A DNA stretch of 64,000 bases, from assembly GCA_963725865.1 (NCBI GenBank), contig CAVSAC010000012.1, positions 1,216,001 to 1,280,000 on the forward strand, in the 5' to 3' direction. Below the pieces are notes generated by a model. The model ran no database searches. It was not told the DNA's origin and saw nothing but the letters and a program-made list of their open reading frames with translations. Every line of letters starts with the position of its first letter. The first letter of the stretch is position 1. Source of the stretch: Candidatus Eiseniibacteriota bacterium. GTDB lineage: Bacteria; Eisenbacteria; RBG-16-71-46. The position numbers and the translations under genes were made by a program. Positions 54,861 through 64,000 of this stretch are shown in pieces.

Positions 54861-57800
54861 TCGTCGCCTCCACCGAGGCGGGCGAGCAGCGACGGCAGCA
54901 CGACGAGCAGCAACACGGCCGAGAGGGCGAATCCGCCGATCACGGCGATCGCCAGGGGGCGCAGCAGTTCGCCGCCGGAGCCGAGCCCGAGCGCGAGCGG
55001 CGCGAGCGCGGCCACCCCCGCGAGCGTGGTCATCAGCACCGGGCGGGCGCGACGCAACGCGGCGGCCAGCGCAGCGGCGGGGGCGTCGAGCCCCGAGCGC
55101 AGCGACTCACGATGGGCGGCGAGCAGGAAGTAACCGTTCTCCGCCACCACTCCGACCACCATGATCGCGCCCACGAAGCTCGAGATGTTGAAGGTCGACC
55201 CGGTCAGGTGGAGCGCGCCGAACACTCCGGCCAGCGAGGCCAGCACGACGGCCAGCAGCGCCAGCACCTGGGACCACGAGCGGAACGAGACGAGCAGGAT
55301 GAGCGTCACCAGCGCGGTCGCGCCCAGCAGAACGCCGAGCAGCCCGCGGAACGAGGTCTGCTGCTGGGCCCACAGTCCGCCGAATCGGACGCCCACCTGC
55401 GGCGGGAGGACGACCTCGCGCGGCAGTCGTCGCTGGATCTCGGCCATCGCCGAGCCGAGATCGCGGCCCGAAAGCCGCGCGGTCACCGCCACCATGCCGC
55501 GCAGGTCATCGCGTGCGATCTCGGTCTCGCCCGGATCCACTCGCAGGCGCGCGAGGTCCCGCAGGGTTGCGCCCCCGCCTGCCGAGACCGGGATCGCCAG
55601 CGAGCCGAGCGCTGTCGAGACGTCGGGGCCCTGCGCCGGTGGCAGCACGGCGCGCACCGGCCAGGAGCGCGCGCCCCGCACGATCTCGCCGACGGCGGTC
55701 CCTGCCACCGCCGGCGACGTCTGCGCCCCGAGCTCCTCGGCGGAAAGCCCGAGCCGCGCCGCGGCGGGCGTGGGCGCGATCGCCACGTCGGGGCCGCTCA
55801 CCACGATCCCATCCTTCACGTCGACCGCTCCCGGTACGCGCTCCACCAGGGCGGCGACCGCGCGCGCCGTGCGCTCGGCCAGCTCGCGGTCCTCCGAGTA
55901 CACGCGGATCTCGATCGGCTGCGGATTGGTGGTGAGGTCGCCTATCACGTCCTCGACCAATTGCCCGAACTCGATCTGGAGCGCGGGCTGGCTGGACTCG
56001 ATGCGTTGGCGCAGGTCGTCCGCGATCGCCTCGGCCGACCGCCGCCGGCCTGCCCGCAGCCGCAGCACGTAGTCGCCGACATTCGGCTCCGTGATGAAGA
56101 ATCCGAGCTGATCGCCGGTCCGCCGGGACCAGGCGGCGATCTCCGGAATGGTGTCGAGCTGCTTCTCCACCTGCTGCAGGATGCGGTCGGTCTCGGTGAG
56201 CGAAGTGCCGGGGGGCGAGACGTAGTCGAGGATCAGCGACCCCTCGTCCATGTCGGGCAGGAAGCCGGTGCCGAGCGTGCGCTGCAGCGGCACCGCGAGC
56301 GCGACGAGCACCGCCACGCCCGCCACGCCGACCCAGCGGTGCGCACTCGCGAACCGCATCACGGCGGTGAGCCGACGGCCGGCGGCCGGCCGCGCTCCGC
56401 CCCGGTGCCGCGCCGTCCGGCTGAGCAGCGGGATCGCGGTCGCACACATCAGGAAGGACGAGGCGAGCATCAGGGCCATCGACAGCGCGAGGACGCGGAA
56501 GAAGGCGCCGGTCACGCCGCCGAGGAACAGGAACGGCAGGAAGATCGCGAGCGTGCACAGGGTCGAGCCGGCGAGCGTCGGCAGCAGCTCCGCCATCGCC
56601 GCCGCGCGATCGCCGCCGCCCGGCGTGTCCGCGCGGAACGCGAGGTGTTCGATCACCACGATGGCGTCGTCGAGCACGAGTCCGACCGCGGCGGCGATCC
56701 CGCCGAGCGTCATCATGTTCAACGACTGCCCCGCGAGCGCCAGGCCGACCAGCGTGAGCGCGATGCTGCCCGGTAGCACGCACGCGCCGGCGAGCCCCAG
56801 GCGCGCGCTGCGCAGAAACACGATGATCACCAGCACCGCGAGCAGCGCGCCGACCAGCAGGCTGTCGCGCACGCTGCCGACCGAGCCGCGGACCAGGTCG
56901 GATTGGTCGTAGAACGCCTCGACCCGCACTCCCGCGGGCAGGCGGCGTGCGTTGTCGTGGAGCCAGCCCTTGGCCGCGTCGGCCAGCGTGATCGCGCTCG
57001 CCGCGGGCTGGCGCAGCAGGTTCACCAGCACCGCCTCCCGCGAGCGCGCCCGATAGCGCACGAATTCCGGGGCCTCCGCCAGCCGGATGTCGCCCAGCTC
57101 GCCGAGCGCCACCGGGGGCCCGGAAGCCACCGGGATCGCGATCGCGCGCAGGTCGTCGAGGCCGGTCGGCCGGCCGTCCACGAGACCGAGGTAGAGTCGT
57201 TCGTTCGATTCCAGCAGGCCGATCGACTCGAGCACCGAGGAGCGGCGGATCGCCTCCGCCACGCGAGCGGCATCGAGCCCGCGCGAGCGCAGGCGCGCCG
57301 GATCGAGTGTGATCCGCGCCTCGATGCGGTGGCCGCCCTGGATCACCACCTCGGCCACCCCCGGCAGCCGCGCCAGCTCGGGCTTGAGCGTGAACTCCGC
57401 AAAGTCCCGCAGCTCCGGCAGCGAGCTCCGGTCCGAGGTCAGCGAGTAGCCGAGCATCGGGAACAGCGTCGGGTTCATGAGCCGCGCGTCCAGCGTGGCG
57501 CCGGTCGGAAGCTGGGAGCGGATCGCATCGACCTGGGCCTGCACGCGCTGCAGCGTGAGGTCCATGTCGGCGCTCCACTCGCAGTCGAGGTTGATTTCCG
57601 CGGAGCCGCGGCTGGTGGTCGAGCGCACCTCGAGGACGTGGGGGATGCGGCGCACCGCGGACTCCAGCGGCATGGTCACGCGCCGCACCATCACCGCCGC
57701 CGGCAGTTCGCCCGCGTCCGCGAGCACCGTGATGCGCGGGAATGTCACCTCGGGCATGATCGATGCGGGCATGCGGAAGGCGGCGAACCCGCCGAGCACC

Positions 57801-57868
57801 AGCACGGCGGCGAGCACGAGCGCGACCGCGCGCCGCTGGGCGTGCACCGCGAGGAAGAACGCTCTCAC
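54857..57868 (-). CDS. RND efflux permease (AcrB/CusA superfamily)
   Basis: GTG overlaps the MFP stop; PEVTFP, GLVLDDAIVVIE, FLPDMDEG, RARPVLMTT. Confidence 0.93.
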   Translation of the reverse strand: MRAFFLAVHAQRRAVALVLAAVLVLGGFAAFRMPASIMPEVTFPRITVLADAGELPAAVMVRRVTMPLESAVRRIPHVLEVRSTTSRGSAEINLDCEWSADMDLTLQRVQAQVDAIRSQLPTGATLDARLMNPTLFPMLGYSLTSDRSSLPELRDFAEFTLKPELARLPGVAEVVIQGGHRIEARITLDPARLRSRGLDAARVAEAIRRSSVLESIGLLESNERLYLGLVDGRPTGLDDLRAIAIPVASGPPVALGELGDIRLAEAPEFVRYRARSREAVLVNLLRQPAASAITLADAAKGWLHDNARRLPAGVRVEAFYDQSDLVRGSVGSVRDSLLVGALLAVLVIIVFLRSARLGLAGACVLPGSIALTLVGLALAGQSLNMMTLGGIAAAVGLVLDDAIVVIEHLAFRADTPGGGDRAAAMAELLPTLAGSTLCTLAIFLPFLFLGGVTGAFFRVLALSMALMLASSFLMCATAIPLLSRTARHRGGARPAAGRRLTAVMRFASAHRWVGVAGVAVLVALAVPLQRTLGTGFLPDMDEGSLILDYVSPPGTSLTETDRILQQVEKQLDTIPEIAAWSRRTGDQLGFFITEPNVGDYVLRLRAGRRRSAEAIADDLRQRIESSQPALQIEFGQLVEDVIGDLTTNPQPIEIRVYSEDRELAERTARAVAALVERVPGAVDVKDGIVVSGPDVAIAPTPAAARLGLSAEELGAQTSPAVAGTAVGEIVRGARSWPVRAVLPPAQGPDVSTALGSLAIPVSAGGGATLRDLARLRVDPGETEIARDDLRGMVAVTARLSGRDLGSAMAEIQRRLPREVVLPPQVGVRFGGLWAQQQTSFRGLLGVLLGATALVTLILLVSFRSWSQVLALLAVVLASLAGVFGALHLTGSTFNISSFVGAIMVVGVVAENGYFLLAAHRESLRSGLDAPAAALAAALRRARPVLMTTLAGVAALAPLALGLGSGGELLRPLAIAVIGGFALSAVLLLVVLPSLLARLGGGDE

Positions 57869-58851
57869 GGCTCGATCGACACGCGGGTGCTGTCGGGCAG
57901 CCCGCGTTGTCCACTCACGATCGCGCGTGTGCCCGGGGCGAGCGCCGCGGTCATCAGCTCGTGCCAGCCGGCCTCCGCGAGCCCGAGGCGCACGGGGACC
58001 CAGGTCGCCACGCCTCCGGGCCCCACGGTCGCGATGCGGAATTCGCCGGTCAGGTCGTCCTCCACCAGCGCCGCATCGGGGACGGCCAGCGCGCGGCGAG
58101 GCGCGCCGGTCAGGATCGTGGCGTTCGCGAAGCGATCGAGCAGCTCCATCGTCGGCGCCCGCGCGGGCGCCAGCCAGACCAGCCCGCTCTGGTCCTCGGG
58201 GCTGGTCTGCGGCAGGCGACGGCTCACGCTCGCGTCCAACGTGCGGCCATCCTCCATCGCGATGCGCGCCGGTTCTCCGGTCGCGATGCGCGCCACGTCG
58301 CGCAGCGCGACGTGCGCCTCGAACACCAGCGCCTCGGGCGCGACCAGGGCCAGCAGTTCCCCGCCCTCCGGGACCAGTGCGCCGGCCGCCACGGTGTTTC
58401 GTACCACGGTTCCACTCCCGCTCGCCGTGAGCGGCACCCGCACCAGGTCGCGGCGGGCCTGGCGCAGCGCGCGCTCCGCCTCCGATCGTGCCGCCGGATC
58501 GGCGGCCGCCGCCACCAGTAGCTCGGCTCCGACGATCGCGGCGCGGGACTCCTGCGTGACCAGGACCGCCAGCGTCTGGCCGCCGCGGACTCCATCGCCC
58601 AGCCCGACCCGCAGGGACTCCACGTACGCGGCGAACGGTGCGGTCACGACCAGGTCGCCGCTGCTCCGCCAGCGGCCTGGCGCGGCGACGCTTTCGTGGA
58701 ACGAGCGCACTTCGAGCGTCGCCACCCGCACCGGCACTACGGGGTGCGCGCCAGTGGCGTCCGGGTCCGCGGCCCCGCGCGGTGCACAGGCGGCGATCGA
58801 CATCAGCAGCACGGCGGCCGGTGCCAGATGCCGCGGCAGGAGCTGGCTCAT
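57865..58851 (-). CDS. RND periplasmic adaptor (membrane fusion protein), lipoprotein
   Basis: Lipobox IAAC; VTAPF, VPDAALV, PVRLGL. Confidence 0.88.
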   Translation of the reverse strand: MSQLLPRHLAPAAVLLMSIAACAPRGAADPDATGAHPVVPVRVATLEVRSFHESVAAPGRWRSSGDLVVTAPFAAYVESLRVGLGDGVRGGQTLAVLVTQESRAAIVGAELLVAAAADPAARSEAERALRQARRDLVRVPLTASGSGTVVRNTVAAGALVPEGGELLALVAPEALVFEAHVALRDVARIATGEPARIAMEDGRTLDASVSRRLPQTSPEDQSGLVWLAPARAPTMELLDRFANATILTGAPRRALAVPDAALVEDDLTGEFRIATVGPGGVATWVPVRLGLAEAGWHELMTAALAPGTRAIVSGQRGLPDSTRVSIEP

Positions 58852-60200
58852 CGACGATCCTCGATCTGGAACTGCACGAACCGCAGATCCTCGCGCGCCT
58901 CCGCGCGACGCACCCGGGCGTCCCGGAACAACTGGAGCGCATCGAGTAGGTCGAACAGCGTGGTGGCGCCCGCGGCGTACAGACTCTTGGTGCGCAGGTA
59001 GTGGGACTCGGCGCGGCCGACCACGGCATCGGCCGAGCGCAGCCGCTGGGCGGCCGACCGCCAGCGGGTGAACAGCGCTGCCGCTTCGCGCTGCTGGTGG
59101 AGCTCCACGCCGGCGCGGCGCTGCTCGGCGGCTCGCAGGCCGGCGGTGCGCGCCGCGGACGCGGGAGCGCGCGAGGCGTCGAAGATGGGGAAGCGAACCG
59201 AGAACGCCGCGGAGGCGCCGAGGTCGCGATCCAGCCGGTCGGCGAACGTCGCGGAGGGCTGCGCGTCGAGGAGCGGGCGCGGCACGGCGCGCGTGAGATC
59301 GGTCCCGACGAGACCCGCGTCGACGGTGAAGGTGAGCTCCGGAGCATTCTGCCGGCGCGCCTCGAGCGCCTGCAGCCGGGCGCCCGCCTCCTCGGCCTGC
59401 GCCAGCGCGAGCTCGGGTCGGCCCGCGGTACCCGCGAGCAACCGCAGCGAATCGGCCGCGGCCGGATCGCGCGGGTCATCGGCCGCCGGCGCCCGGATCG
59501 CGATGGGATCCGCCAGTCCGCGGCCCAGCGCCTCGCGCAGATCGAGTGCGGTAGTGGCGGCGTCGGCGGCGTTCAGCTCCACGTCGAGCGCGGCGTCCTC
59601 CTCCGCCAGCCCGAGCCGAATGGAATCGGCCGGGCTGCGGACCCCGGAGCGCACTCCCGAGCGCACCAGCGCGCCGATGCTGCCGAGGCCCTCGCGTGTC
59701 CGGCTCAGGATCGCTTCCACCTCGGCGAGCCGCAGCGAGCGCAGGGCCTGGGCCACCGCGCTCTCCCCCGCCTCGCGTGACGCGAGCTGGCGGCGGGCGC
59801 GAGCGCCGAGCAGATCGAGTCGCGCGCGCTCGCGCGCTCGCTGGCGGCGGCCTCCGTCGGTGAGTGTCCAGTCGACCCCGATCTGAGTGTGATACTCGCC
59901 GAGGTTGGTGAACGCGGGGTCGTACCAGCCGTCCGGGGCGACCATCGCGCCGGCCGACACGAAGTACTCCGGCCGTCGATTGAACGCGGTGGCGGTCGAG
60001 TCCAGCGCCGCCGCGCGCTCGTCGAGCGCGGCGGCGCTCGCCGCGGGCGCCTGACGCCGGGCGAGCGCGGCGCACTGCGTCACGCTCAGGGTCTCGCTCG
60101 CGGCGGACGCGCTCGTGGCGGCCGCGGCGGGCGAGCCGGGCGCGGGGACCGCCGCGAGCAGGAGGCCCGACGCGAACACGGGTGCAAGGCTCCGGATCAT
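58848..60200 (-). CDS. TolC-family outer-membrane efflux protein
   Basis: Signal peptide; FPIFD, YAAGATTLFDLLDA; operon position. Confidence 0.85.
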   Translation of the reverse strand: MIRSLAPVFASGLLLAAVPAPGSPAAAATSASAASETLSVTQCAALARRQAPAASAAALDERAAALDSTATAFNRRPEYFVSAGAMVAPDGWYDPAFTNLGEYHTQIGVDWTLTDGGRRQRARERARLDLLGARARRQLASREAGESAVAQALRSLRLAEVEAILSRTREGLGSIGALVRSGVRSGVRSPADSIRLGLAEEDAALDVELNAADAATTALDLREALGRGLADPIAIRAPAADDPRDPAAADSLRLLAGTAGRPELALAQAEEAGARLQALEARRQNAPELTFTVDAGLVGTDLTRAVPRPLLDAQPSATFADRLDRDLGASAAFSVRFPIFDASRAPASAARTAGLRAAEQRRAGVELHQQREAAALFTRWRSAAQRLRSADAVVGRAESHYLRTKSLYAAGATTLFDLLDALQLFRDARVRRAEAREDLRFVQFQIEDRR

Positions 60201-60241
60201 CGTCGTCGCATCGCGTTCTCGAGCGGGGCCTGCACGTCCCG

Positions 60242-61078
60242 CTATCGACCTCCCCCGAAGTCCCACTCCCATGCCGCGACCAGCTGCCAGGTACCGTCGG
60301 ATTTCACGACCGCGCCCTGCTCGAGCTTCAGGAACTCGCTCAGGTGTTCGGCCAGGCCGAGCGTGCCCTCGGACTCGCTCTGGCCCTGCTCGGGCCCGCC
60401 GATGCTCGCGAATCCGCCGAGCGTGCCCGGGTGCCCGTGGAATCGACCGCCGGTCCCGAGTCCCGAGACCGCTTCCGCCTCGAGATCGAGCCCGGGTGTG
60501 AGGTGCCACTCGGAGGCCAGCGACAGCTCGAGCGTGTTCTGCAAGTCGACGCCGGGTGGGTCGCCGACGAACGTATACACCGCGTTGAGGTCGAGGTCGA
60601 ACTGGACGAACTCCTTGCTCACGATGGTGCCGAACGAGTAGTCCGCGCGCCCGGTGCCCAGGTCGCCACGGCGGGCGGTCGGCCATTTGACCACGCTCTC
60701 CAGCGCGAGGCCCGGACGATGGCGTCGCTCCGTGGGCAGCTCCCACGTGAGCGTGGTCTCGAGATCGCCCGCCCCGCTGGTGGTGCCCCCGTGCTTCCTG
60801 CGGAGCAGCACGTAGCCGGGCTCCACGCTCAGCTTGAGGTTCTGGGTGAGGCCGTACTCCACGAGGAACGGGAATCCATACTCCGTCTCCTCGCCGTCGG
60901 TCTCGTATTCCAGTCCACTGCCGAGCGTGAGCGCGAGCCCCTCCCCGGACTGCACCGGCTGGCGCGTCTTGAGGATCCGGGCGGCTGTCGGCGACGGTCC
61001 CACCAGGATCCCCGCCGCGAGCAGGCCACACGCCGCCAGGCGCGCGGCCCCGCCCGTCCGCGGTGTCGCGTGTCTCAC
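60242..61078 (-). CDS. Putative outer-membrane transporter beta-barrel (MetA-pathway/transporter-like)
   Basis: GTG overlaps the upstream stop; signal peptide; EYGLT, SGAGD, VKWPT, LGTGRAD, WEWDF. Confidence 0.65.
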   Translation of the reverse strand: MRHATPRTGGAARLAACGLLAAGILVGPSPTAARILKTRQPVQSGEGLALTLGSGLEYETDGEETEYGFPFLVEYGLTQNLKLSVEPGYVLLRRKHGGTTSGAGDLETTLTWELPTERRHRPGLALESVVKWPTARRGDLGTGRADYSFGTIVSKEFVQFDLDLNAVYTFVGDPPGVDLQNTLELSLASEWHLTPGLDLEAEAVSGLGTGGRFHGHPGTLGGFASIGGPEQGQSESEGTLGLAEHLSEFLKLEQGAVVKSDGTWQLVAAWEWDFGGGR

Positions 61079-61791
61079 GGCCGGGTGACCGACACCAGCA
61101 CGGCGAGCTCCCGCGACGAGGACAGGGTGCGGACGAGCCCGACCCCCTTCGCGTACCACTTGTTCTCGGTGCCGGCCTCGAGCATCGACCAGTCCTTGGT
61201 GCGCACGCAGTCGGTGAACGAACCGTACGGCACCGTCACGGAGTCCCTCAGCGCGACGACCTGGCCCATGTCCTCGGCGCGGCCGCGCAGGTACTCCTGG
61301 CGGTACGGCGCCCCCGGGGCGGGCTGCGCGTGCATGAGGATGCCGGGCTGCGCACCGTCGACGCCGGCCTCCCACGAGCCCTCGGTGCTGATCTTGCCCT
61401 TGGGTCGGAATTCCTTCGTGTCCTCGCCGAAGTACCAGACGTTGCCCGCCTTGTCCTGCGCGTACCAGTCGAAGGTCTCCTCGACGAGGGCGCCGCCTTG
61501 CTTCACCACGTCGTACACCACCGCGCACGTCACGCCGAGGATCACCTTGGTCTCCGGCTGGACCGTCACTTCGTTCTCGCTGGTCCTGCCCCCCGATGTC
61601 TCGCGATAGACGAACCGGGTCCCGGGCACGAGCGGGAAGTACGGGTGGTCGACGCGGGTCTGGAATTCCGCAGGGTCGATGTGGGGCGCGTAGGGCTCCG
61701 TGCGGGGCTTGGCGGTGACCGCGGCGGCCGCAAGGAGTCCGGGGATCAGCATCCACGTCGCGAGCTCGAGGATTGCACGTTCGATGCGCAT
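61075..61791 (-). CDS. Secreted hypothetical protein
   Basis: AGGAGG SD; signal peptide; HPYFPLVPG, TFDWYAQDKAGNVWYFGED, KWYAKGVG. Confidence 0.8.
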   Translation of the reverse strand: MRIERAILELATWMLIPGLLAAAAVTAKPRTEPYAPHIDPAEFQTRVDHPYFPLVPGTRFVYRETSGGRTSENEVTVQPETKVILGVTCAVVYDVVKQGGALVEETFDWYAQDKAGNVWYFGEDTKEFRPKGKISTEGSWEAGVDGAQPGILMHAQPAPGAPYRQEYLRGRAEDMGQVVALRDSVTVPYGSFTDCVRTKDWSMLEAGTENKWYAKGVGLVRTLSSSRELAVLVSVTRP

Positions 61792-61864
61792 CGTCTTCCT
61801 CCTGGGGGTGGGGGCCCACGGGTGGAAGTACCACACGCCTCGAATTCGGTTCCAGTGCCGCGCG

Positions 61865-61909
61865 AGCGTATCGCCTCCGTCGGGGGCCACGGTTCAGACG
61901 CCGTTCATA
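61865..61909 (-). promoter_or_regulatory. OmpR-type tandem box (GTTCA repeats, 11-bp period) next to candidate -10 TACGCT of the efflux operon
   Basis: gttcagacgcc-gttcata at 61892-61909; -10 at 61870-61865 on the minus strand. Confidence 0.5.
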
Positions 61910-62049
61910 CTCGTGTCCCAGGCTGCCAGGCCGAGCGGGCGCGGTGGGAACCGATTGGGGTCCGGGACGCGGTGCGCCTATCCTCGGGGCGTCCCGGGTC
62001 GCGCTGGCGCCGCACGCACGAGATCGAAGAGGGCGCTGCTGAGCGAATC

Positions 62050-62718
62050 ATGAAGATCCTGGTGGTGGAAGACAGCCCGCCCACGCGGGACCTGCTGCGG
62101 CGCGCCCTGGAAGAAGGCGGGCACCAGGTCGCGCTCGCGTCACGCCATTCGACCGGGTTGCGACTCGCGACCGAGGGCGAGTTCGAGCTGGCGATCGTGG
62201 ACGTGATGCTGCCCGACGGCAGCGGCGTCGAGTTGTGTCGCACGCTGCGGGCGCGGGGCATCCACGTTCCCGTGCTGTTCCTCTCCGCCAAGGGCGAGGT
62301 CGAGGACCGCGTTGCCGGCCTCGATGCCGGCGGCGACGACTATCTGAGAAAGCCCTTCGCACTCGCGGAACTGCGAGCGCGCATCCGGGCGGTCGGACGC
62401 CGCCGCGGCCTCGCTCCTGCCGCTCGCGTCCAGCGCGGCGACCTCACGGTGGACTTCGCCGCGCGGCGACTGACCCGTGGCGGGGACGAGATCACCCTGA
62501 CCGCGCGCGAGTGGGCGGTGCTCGACGTGCTGGCGGAGCGGGCGGGCAGAGTGGTCTCGCGAAGCGAGATCATCGATGCGGCCTGGCCGCGGCCGGGCCC
62601 GGGCGTCTCGGAGAGCCTCGACGTGATCCTGTCGCGGCTGCGCCGCAAACTGGGCGAGGACGCCGCGCGGATCCGGACCGTGCGCGGGCAGGGGTTCGTC
62701 TTCGAGGTCGGGACGTGA
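62050..62718 (+). CDS. OmpR-family response regulator
   Basis: MKILVVED, DVMLP, KPF, winged helix RLRRKL...TVRGQG. Confidence 0.95.
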   Translation: MKILVVEDSPPTRDLLRRALEEGGHQVALASRHSTGLRLATEGEFELAIVDVMLPDGSGVELCRTLRARGIHVPVLFLSAKGEVEDRVAGLDAGGDDYLRKPFALAELRARIRAVGRRRGLAPAARVQRGDLTVDFAARRLTRGGDEITLTAREWAVLDVLAERAGRVVSRSEIIDAAWPRPGPGVSESLDVILSRLRRKLGEDAARIRTVRGQGFVFEVGT

Positions 62719-64000
62719 TTCGGTCCCTCGCCGGTCGCTTGACGCTCTTGCAGCAGATCTCGGCGCTGGTGGTGGTCACGGCGTTCGGGCTGCTCTCGCT
62801 GTGGCTCACCGGGCACGCGCTGCGACTCGAGCGCCGCAGCTTCGTCGCGAACACCGCGACCCGGCTGGCGCACTCGCTCGAGGACGAACTCGCCGAGGAA
62901 CCCGACACGGTGGTGGCGGCGCGCGGTGTGGTGGAGGACGGGGTCGAGGCGGGAGTCCAGGTGGAAGTGCGCGCCGCGTCGAAGCGGCTGCTCGCCTCGT
63001 CGCGCACGCTTCCCAGGGGCGGTCGCGATCCCGCGCCCGCTCCCCTCCCGCCGCCGAGCCGCATGGACTTCCGCGCGACCGCCGTCGGTGTGGGGGGCGC
63101 GCGCATCACGGTCGTGGCGTCCGACCAGCCGTTGCGGGCGACCCTGCCGGCGCTCGGTCGTGCGCTGCTGCTCGCGGCGCTCCCCATCTGGGCGCTGAGC
63201 CTGCTGCTGAGCCGCTCGGCGGTGGCACGCGCGATCCGCCCGCTCTCCACCATGACCGATCGAGCCGCCAGCCTGAGCGTGGAGCACCATCCGCGCACGC
63301 TCGGGACGCGCTCGGGGCTGCAGGAGATCGATCGGCTCGCGGAGTCTTTCGACCACCTGCTCGGGCGGCTGGATGACGCGCTGCAGGTGGAGCGGCGGCT
63401 CACGGCGGACGCCTCGCACGAGCTGCGCACGCCCTTGACGGTGCTGAGCGGCGAGCTCGAGCTGCTGACGGAGCGAGCGTCTCCGGACTCGGTGGAGGCC
63501 CTCGGAGTGCGACGTGCGACCGAGCAGGTCGCGGCGATGCGCGAGCTGGTGGAGGCCATCCTCCTGCTCCACCGCTCCGCCGAGGGTGGGCGCCGGGACG
63601 CGGGCGGCTTCGAGGTGCTCAATCTCGGTGACCTGCTGCGCGAGGCGCTGGCGGAGGCCGGCGCCCGCCATCCGGGGCGGGAGTCCGACGTCGAGCTGAA
63701 TGCACCGGACGAGATCCTGGTCCACGGGCACCTGGCCCTGTTGACCGCCGCGCTCCGCAACCTGCTGGACAACGCATTCAAATTCACGGCTCCCGGCGAC
63801 CGCATCCGCGTGGAACTCGCCGAGCTCGCGGACCGGGCGGTGGTGATCGTGGACGATCAGGGTCCGGGTGTCCCGGACGCCGAGCGTGAGCGCATCTTCG
63901 ATCCCTTCTACCGCGGGGCGGAAGCGCGAGGCGGGACGCCCGGGTTCGGCCTGGGCCTGCCGATCCTGCGCCGGATCGCGCGCGCGCACGGTGGCGACGC
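62715..64000 (+). CDS. Membrane HAMP sensor histidine kinase; 3' end lies outside the window
   Basis: Not in the ORF track. GTG overlaps the regulator stop; 2 TM; DASHELRTPL, NLLDNAFKF, DQGPG, GFGLGL. Confidence 0.92.
   Translation, partial: MIRSLAGRLTLLQQISALVVVTAFGLLSLWLTGHALRLERRSFVANTATRLAHSLEDELAEEPDTVVAARGVVEDGVEAGVQVEVRAASKRLLASSRTLPRGGRDPAPAPLPPPSRMDFRATAVGVGGARITVVASDQPLRATLPALGRALLLAALPIWALSLLLSRSAVARAIRPLSTMTDRAASLSVEHHPRTLGTRSGLQEIDRLAESFDHLLGRLDDALQVERRLTADASHELRTPLTVLSGELELLTERASPDSVEALGVRRATEQVAAMRELVEAILLLHRSAEGGRRDAGGFEVLNLGDLLREALAEAGARHPGRESDVELNAPDEILVHGHLALLTAALRNLLDNAFKFTAPGDRIRVELAELADRAVVIVDDQGPGVPDAERERIFDPFYRGAEARGGTPGFGLGLPILRRIARAHGGD

Noticed and set aside
57869..59479. 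1540-aa RND protein
   Set aside because: The extension overlaps MFP/TolC in another frame; GTG at 57868 gives a normal-size permease

Overview
A very GC-rich bacterial chromosomal segment from a diderm (LptE, TolC and several beta-barrel OMPs). The FlgD-Ig-type C-terminal domain and gene style suggest an FCB-group lineage such as Ca. Eisenbacteria (inference, not verified). About 1-37.5 kb is a minus-strand housekeeping superoperon: infC-rpmI-rplT-pheST-zapB-like-zapA-6S RNA-rny-(ymdB::folD fusion)-xseAB-ispA-DUF212-dxs-nadK-(S26-like pseudopeptidase)-recN-trpEGDCFB (no trpA), then tRNA-Arg, menG/ubiE and a GAF-GGDEF gene, then wlbABC-like sugar genes, a histidine kinase/sigma54 regulator pair, lptE-holA-leuS and a GT-C-like membrane protein. 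Four opposite-strand OMP genes separate thrS/tRNA-Val from infC. The last 21 kb is more accessory: OMP paralogs, DAHP synthase, a HAF-repeat protein, aroC, PAP2, PfpI, msrB, DUF2911, and an RND efflux/beta-propeller module with a divergent OmpR-type two-component system. The strongest unannotated signals are (1) a complete Tyr/Trp leader-peptide attenuator in front of DAHP synthase, (2) an in-frame YmdB-FolD fusion with a CTG start, (3) an L20-leader-like RNA plus AUU start on infC, (4) a signal peptidase I homolog lacking catalytic residues, (5) a 4-Cys insertion in the kinase GAF domain, and (6) a G7 tract that shifts the frame at the DUF212 start. No CRISPR array, rRNA, transposase or integrase was seen. 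All family assignments are from motif recognition by eye, not database searches.
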